NCBI GenBank assembly: GCA_963702095.1
Contig: OY969706.1
Location: 1,664,001-1,728,000, forward strand
Source of the DNA: Candidatus Bathyarchaeota archaeon
GTDB taxonomy: Archaea; Thermoproteota; Bathyarchaeia; Bathyarchaeales; Bathycorpusculaceae
DNA length: 64,000 nt
Direction: 5' to 3'
Shown here in pieces: positions 60,629-64,000 of the stretch. The first letter of the stretch is position 1; every line of letters starts with the position of its first letter. Made by a program: the position numbers and the translations under genes. The notes under the pieces were generated by a model. That model made no database searches and was not told the DNA's origin. It saw nothing but the letters and a program-made list of their open reading frames with translations.

Positions 60629-63600
60629 GTGGCAGTGGAAATTTTGGAAAAGAAAGAAGCTAAAGATGACAAAAAAACAGTGGATTTTCCAGTTGTCGGC
60701 GTCGGCGCTTCCGCAGGCGGATTAGACTCCTTTAGGGGTTTACTTGAAAGTTTACCAGCCGACACAGGGTTATCGCTTGTTATTATACAACATTTGGCAG
60801 CTGGCCAAGAAAGCATGCTTGCCGAAATTCTTTCAAGATACACCAAAATGCCCGTCCAAGTTATCCAAAACGGAATGAAAGTAAAACCGAACCATGTTTT
60901 TGTGATTCCGCCTGGAGCAACTGTGACAATTGAAAATAAAGCTCTCAAACTCAGTGAAAAAGAAAAGTCTCTGAAGCCGAGACCTATAGATGATTTTTTT
61001 AAGTCACTGGCAACTGATTTGAAATCTAAAAGTATAGGGATTGTGTTTTCAGGCACTGGTTCGGATGGAACTGAAGGCTTAAAAGCAATCAGAAGCCAGG
61101 GCGGAATCACTTTTGCGCAGACGCCCAAATCCGCTCAATATCAAGATATGCCACAAAGCGCAATCTCCGCTGGCGTAGCAGATTTCGTTTTATCACCCTC
61201 TGAAATTGCTAAAGAACTGGAAAAAGTAGCGAGCAACCCTCAATTAGCTCATGCTGGGATTGGGGCAAAAGAAGAGCGAAGGGGTGCTGAAACAAAACCA
61301 AGGAAGGAAAATGCTTTAAACGCTATATTTACAATATTAAAATCCAAGTACAATGTTGATTTTTCCCACTACAAAGAAACAGTGGTTAACCGACGCATTT
61401 CACGTAGAATGGTAATAAATCATGTGGAAAAATGGCTAATTACAAAGAATACCTCAATACACATCCAAACGAGCAAGAAGCATTATTCAATGACATGCTA
61501 ATTGGGGTTACAAACTTCTTTAGGGAACCTGAAACTTTTGTTGCCCTAAAAGAGGCTGCATTTCCAGACATAGTGGCGAAGCATTCGCCGAAGGAACCCA
61601 TTAGGATTTGGGTTCCAGGTTGCTCAACAGGGGAAGAAGCCTATTCATTTGCAATAGCCATCACAGAGTTCCTCGAGGAAAAATCAATAACTGATCTTCA
61701 AATTTCAATTTTCGGAACCGACATAAACGAGAAAAATATAGAAAAAGCAAGACTGGGGATTTACCCAAAAAGCATCGAAGAGGATGTTTCTGAAGCCCGC
61801 CTAAAACGTTTCTTCACAAACATAAACGGCAGCTATCAAATAAGCAAAATTATTCGGGACCAATGCGTTTTTGCACAGCAAGACCTAACCGCTGACCCCC
61901 CATTCTCAAAGATCGATATTATTAGCTGCCGCAACATGCTCATTTACTTTGACGAATACCTCCATGGAAGAGTATTGCCAACAATGCATTACGCATTGAA
62001 GGAGAACGGTTTTCTTGTTCTCGGACAGTCCGAAAGTATAGGGAAATTCACGGGTTTATTCGAACAAATTAAGAAGACATCAATTTATGTAAAAAAGCGA
62101 ACCCAACCCAGCATTACCTTTGGATTAAAGATTTCTCCTTCCCCCCAACAGAAACTAAAGGGAGTCAATGTTGGAATAAAAAAAGATGCACTTTCCATTT
62201 TGAAAGATGAAATTGACCAATTATTAATAACCGAGTATGTCCCCGCTGCTATGCTCGCTAACACAAATTCTGAAATTCTGCTTTTCCGTGGGAACATTGC
62301 CCCTTACGTATTACCTGAATCTGGGCTTGCGAGTTTCAATGTGGGCAAGATTCTTCGCAAAGAATTAAAGTCTCAAGTCCAAACGATGATTTTCAGGGCT
62401 AAAAAAGAAAATAGGCCCATAAAGGAAAATGCAATTCGCATAGATTTTTCTAAAGAACAAAGAACGATCAATATTCAAGTAATCCCGTTGCGTTTTGAAC
62501 AGTTTGAGGAGCCTTTTTTCCTAATCATGTTTGAGGACATTAGTTCCGCAGCGGCGCTGCTTCGACAAACTTTAGAGTTAGCGTCCACTCCTCAGTGGCG
62601 AAGAGGGTGCAAAAGACCGACAGATTAAGGAACTCAGAGAGGAATTAGATTCCTCTAAGCTATCTTTGCAGAAAATTATTGAAACGCAGGAAGCCACCAA
62701 CGAAGAGTTAAGAACCACTATGGAAGAGGCGCAGTCTAGCAATGAGGAGCTACAAAGCACCAATGAAGAGTTGGAAACAGCTAAAGAAGAGCTTCAATCG
62801 AGCAACGAAGAATTAAAAACGTTGAATGACGAAGTTAAGAATCGAAATCAACAACTATCACAGTTAAACGACGACTTAGTTAACATTAATAGAAACATAG
62901 GTCCTGCAATCGTTATATTGGATAAAAGTCTCAGGGTCAGGTTGTTTTCGCCTTCATCACAGAAAATTCTAGACCTGTTGCCCTCTTCAATTGGGCTACC
63001 AATAACTGGTATTAAGCTAAATATTGACTTGGAGGATATAGCCGCTAAAATTTCTGAAGTGATTTCAAAACTTACTGGTCTTACCCAAGAGGTGAAGGAC
63101 GAGAAGGGTCAATATTATGAAATGCAGATTAAACCCTACATAACACTAGACGATAAGATAGACGGCGTTGTCTTATCGTTTATAGATATTGGGGATAGAA
63201 AAGAACTTGAAAGAGCACAACGACTTGCCGCCATAGGAGAAACCGCGGGCATGGTTGGTCATGACATTCGCAACCCACTGCAAGCGATAATCGGCGATAC
63301 TTATTTGCTTAAGGACTATTTTGCTAGAATGCCTGAAGGGCCACTTAGGGAAGATGTAGCTGAAAGTTTAGGTGGCATGGAGAAAAATGTTGAGTACATT
63401 AACAAGATTGTTGCTGATTTGCAAGACTATGCAAAAGCGGTCCAACCAATTGCTCAAGAGACAGACCTTGAAGCTTTGTGTAGAGAATTACTTCAGGGAA
63501 AAAATATCCCTGAAAATATTAGTGCTGAATGTAAAGTCGAGAGTACAGCTAAAAAACTCTTGGTTGACGGTAATATACTAAAGCGCATTCTTGAGAATCT

Positions 63601-63907
63601 AGTCACTAACGCAATCCAAGCTATGCCAAACGGGGGAAAACTAACCATGAGCGCACATCGAGAAGTAGTCGATACAGTTATCCTTGTAGAGGATACGGGT
63701 TTAGGTATTCCTGACAAAGTTAAAAGTCAGCTTTTCACTCCCTTCTACACGACCAAGTCTAAAGGGCAAGGCTTGGGCTTAGCCGTGGTCAAACGTATGG
63801 CTGAAGCACTACATGGAAAAGTAACCTTTGAAAGCATAGAGGGCAACGGAACAACATTTATCCTACGATTACCCAAGCAAAAACCAGTTGACAGAAACTC
63901 GAATTAG
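60629..63907 (+). CDS. CheB methylesterase-CheR methyltransferase-PAS-coiled coil-PAS-histidine kinase fusion (~1092 aa); frameshifts at ~61430 (-1) and ~62597 (+1)
   Basis: GASAGG/QHL/GSDG (CheB triad), VTNFFRE, GCSTGEE, CRNMLIYF (CheR), EELQSTNEEL, HDIRNPL, NAIQAM, DTG.GI, G.GLGL. Whole span is a multiple of 3. Confidence 0.85.
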
Positions 63908-64000
63908 ACAGTTATGCAGTTTTTGCTGAAAAAATAGCTAGAGGATAAGTACTTTCAGAGTGCAATGAAAGGATGGAGAAGCAGCTTCCTGAAAGCTCGC

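Noticed and set aside
426-63717. Numerous short antisense or nested ORFs in the six-frame track
   Set aside because: Shadow ORFs overlapping well-supported genes, with no motifs.

Overview
Archaeal chromosomal segment, most likely Bathyarchaeia/TACK. This is an inference from the short helicase-less Xpf, the extended SmAP3-type Lsm, arcTGT, PAC2 and many TM-anchored beta-propeller/Ig surface proteins. Housekeeping genes include hmgA (partial), glmM/glmU, tgtA, trpS, trmI, xpf and an ADP-forming acyl-CoA synthetase beta subunit. The window also holds a complete type IV pilus-like locus (16.5-28.4 kb), a stress and nitrogen block (rubrerythrin, hcp, amino-acid ABC, amt) and a CheB-CheR-PAS-histidine kinase fusion. 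Most notable by direct reading: (1) two families of dispersed intergenic non-coding repeats (family A: 3 copies plus one collapsed end-to-end derivative; family B: 4 copies), co-occurring twice and bracketing the xpf region in inverted orientation; (2) an intact Pycsar/class III-like cyclase ORF with substituted catalytic residues, next to a coiled-coil gene; (3) three pilin-like genes lacking a class III leader; (4) gene relics and small genes missed by the ORF track. Eight single-base frameshifts in six otherwise intact genes are most simply read as long-read assembly errors. No rRNA, tRNA, CRISPR array or transposase was recognised.
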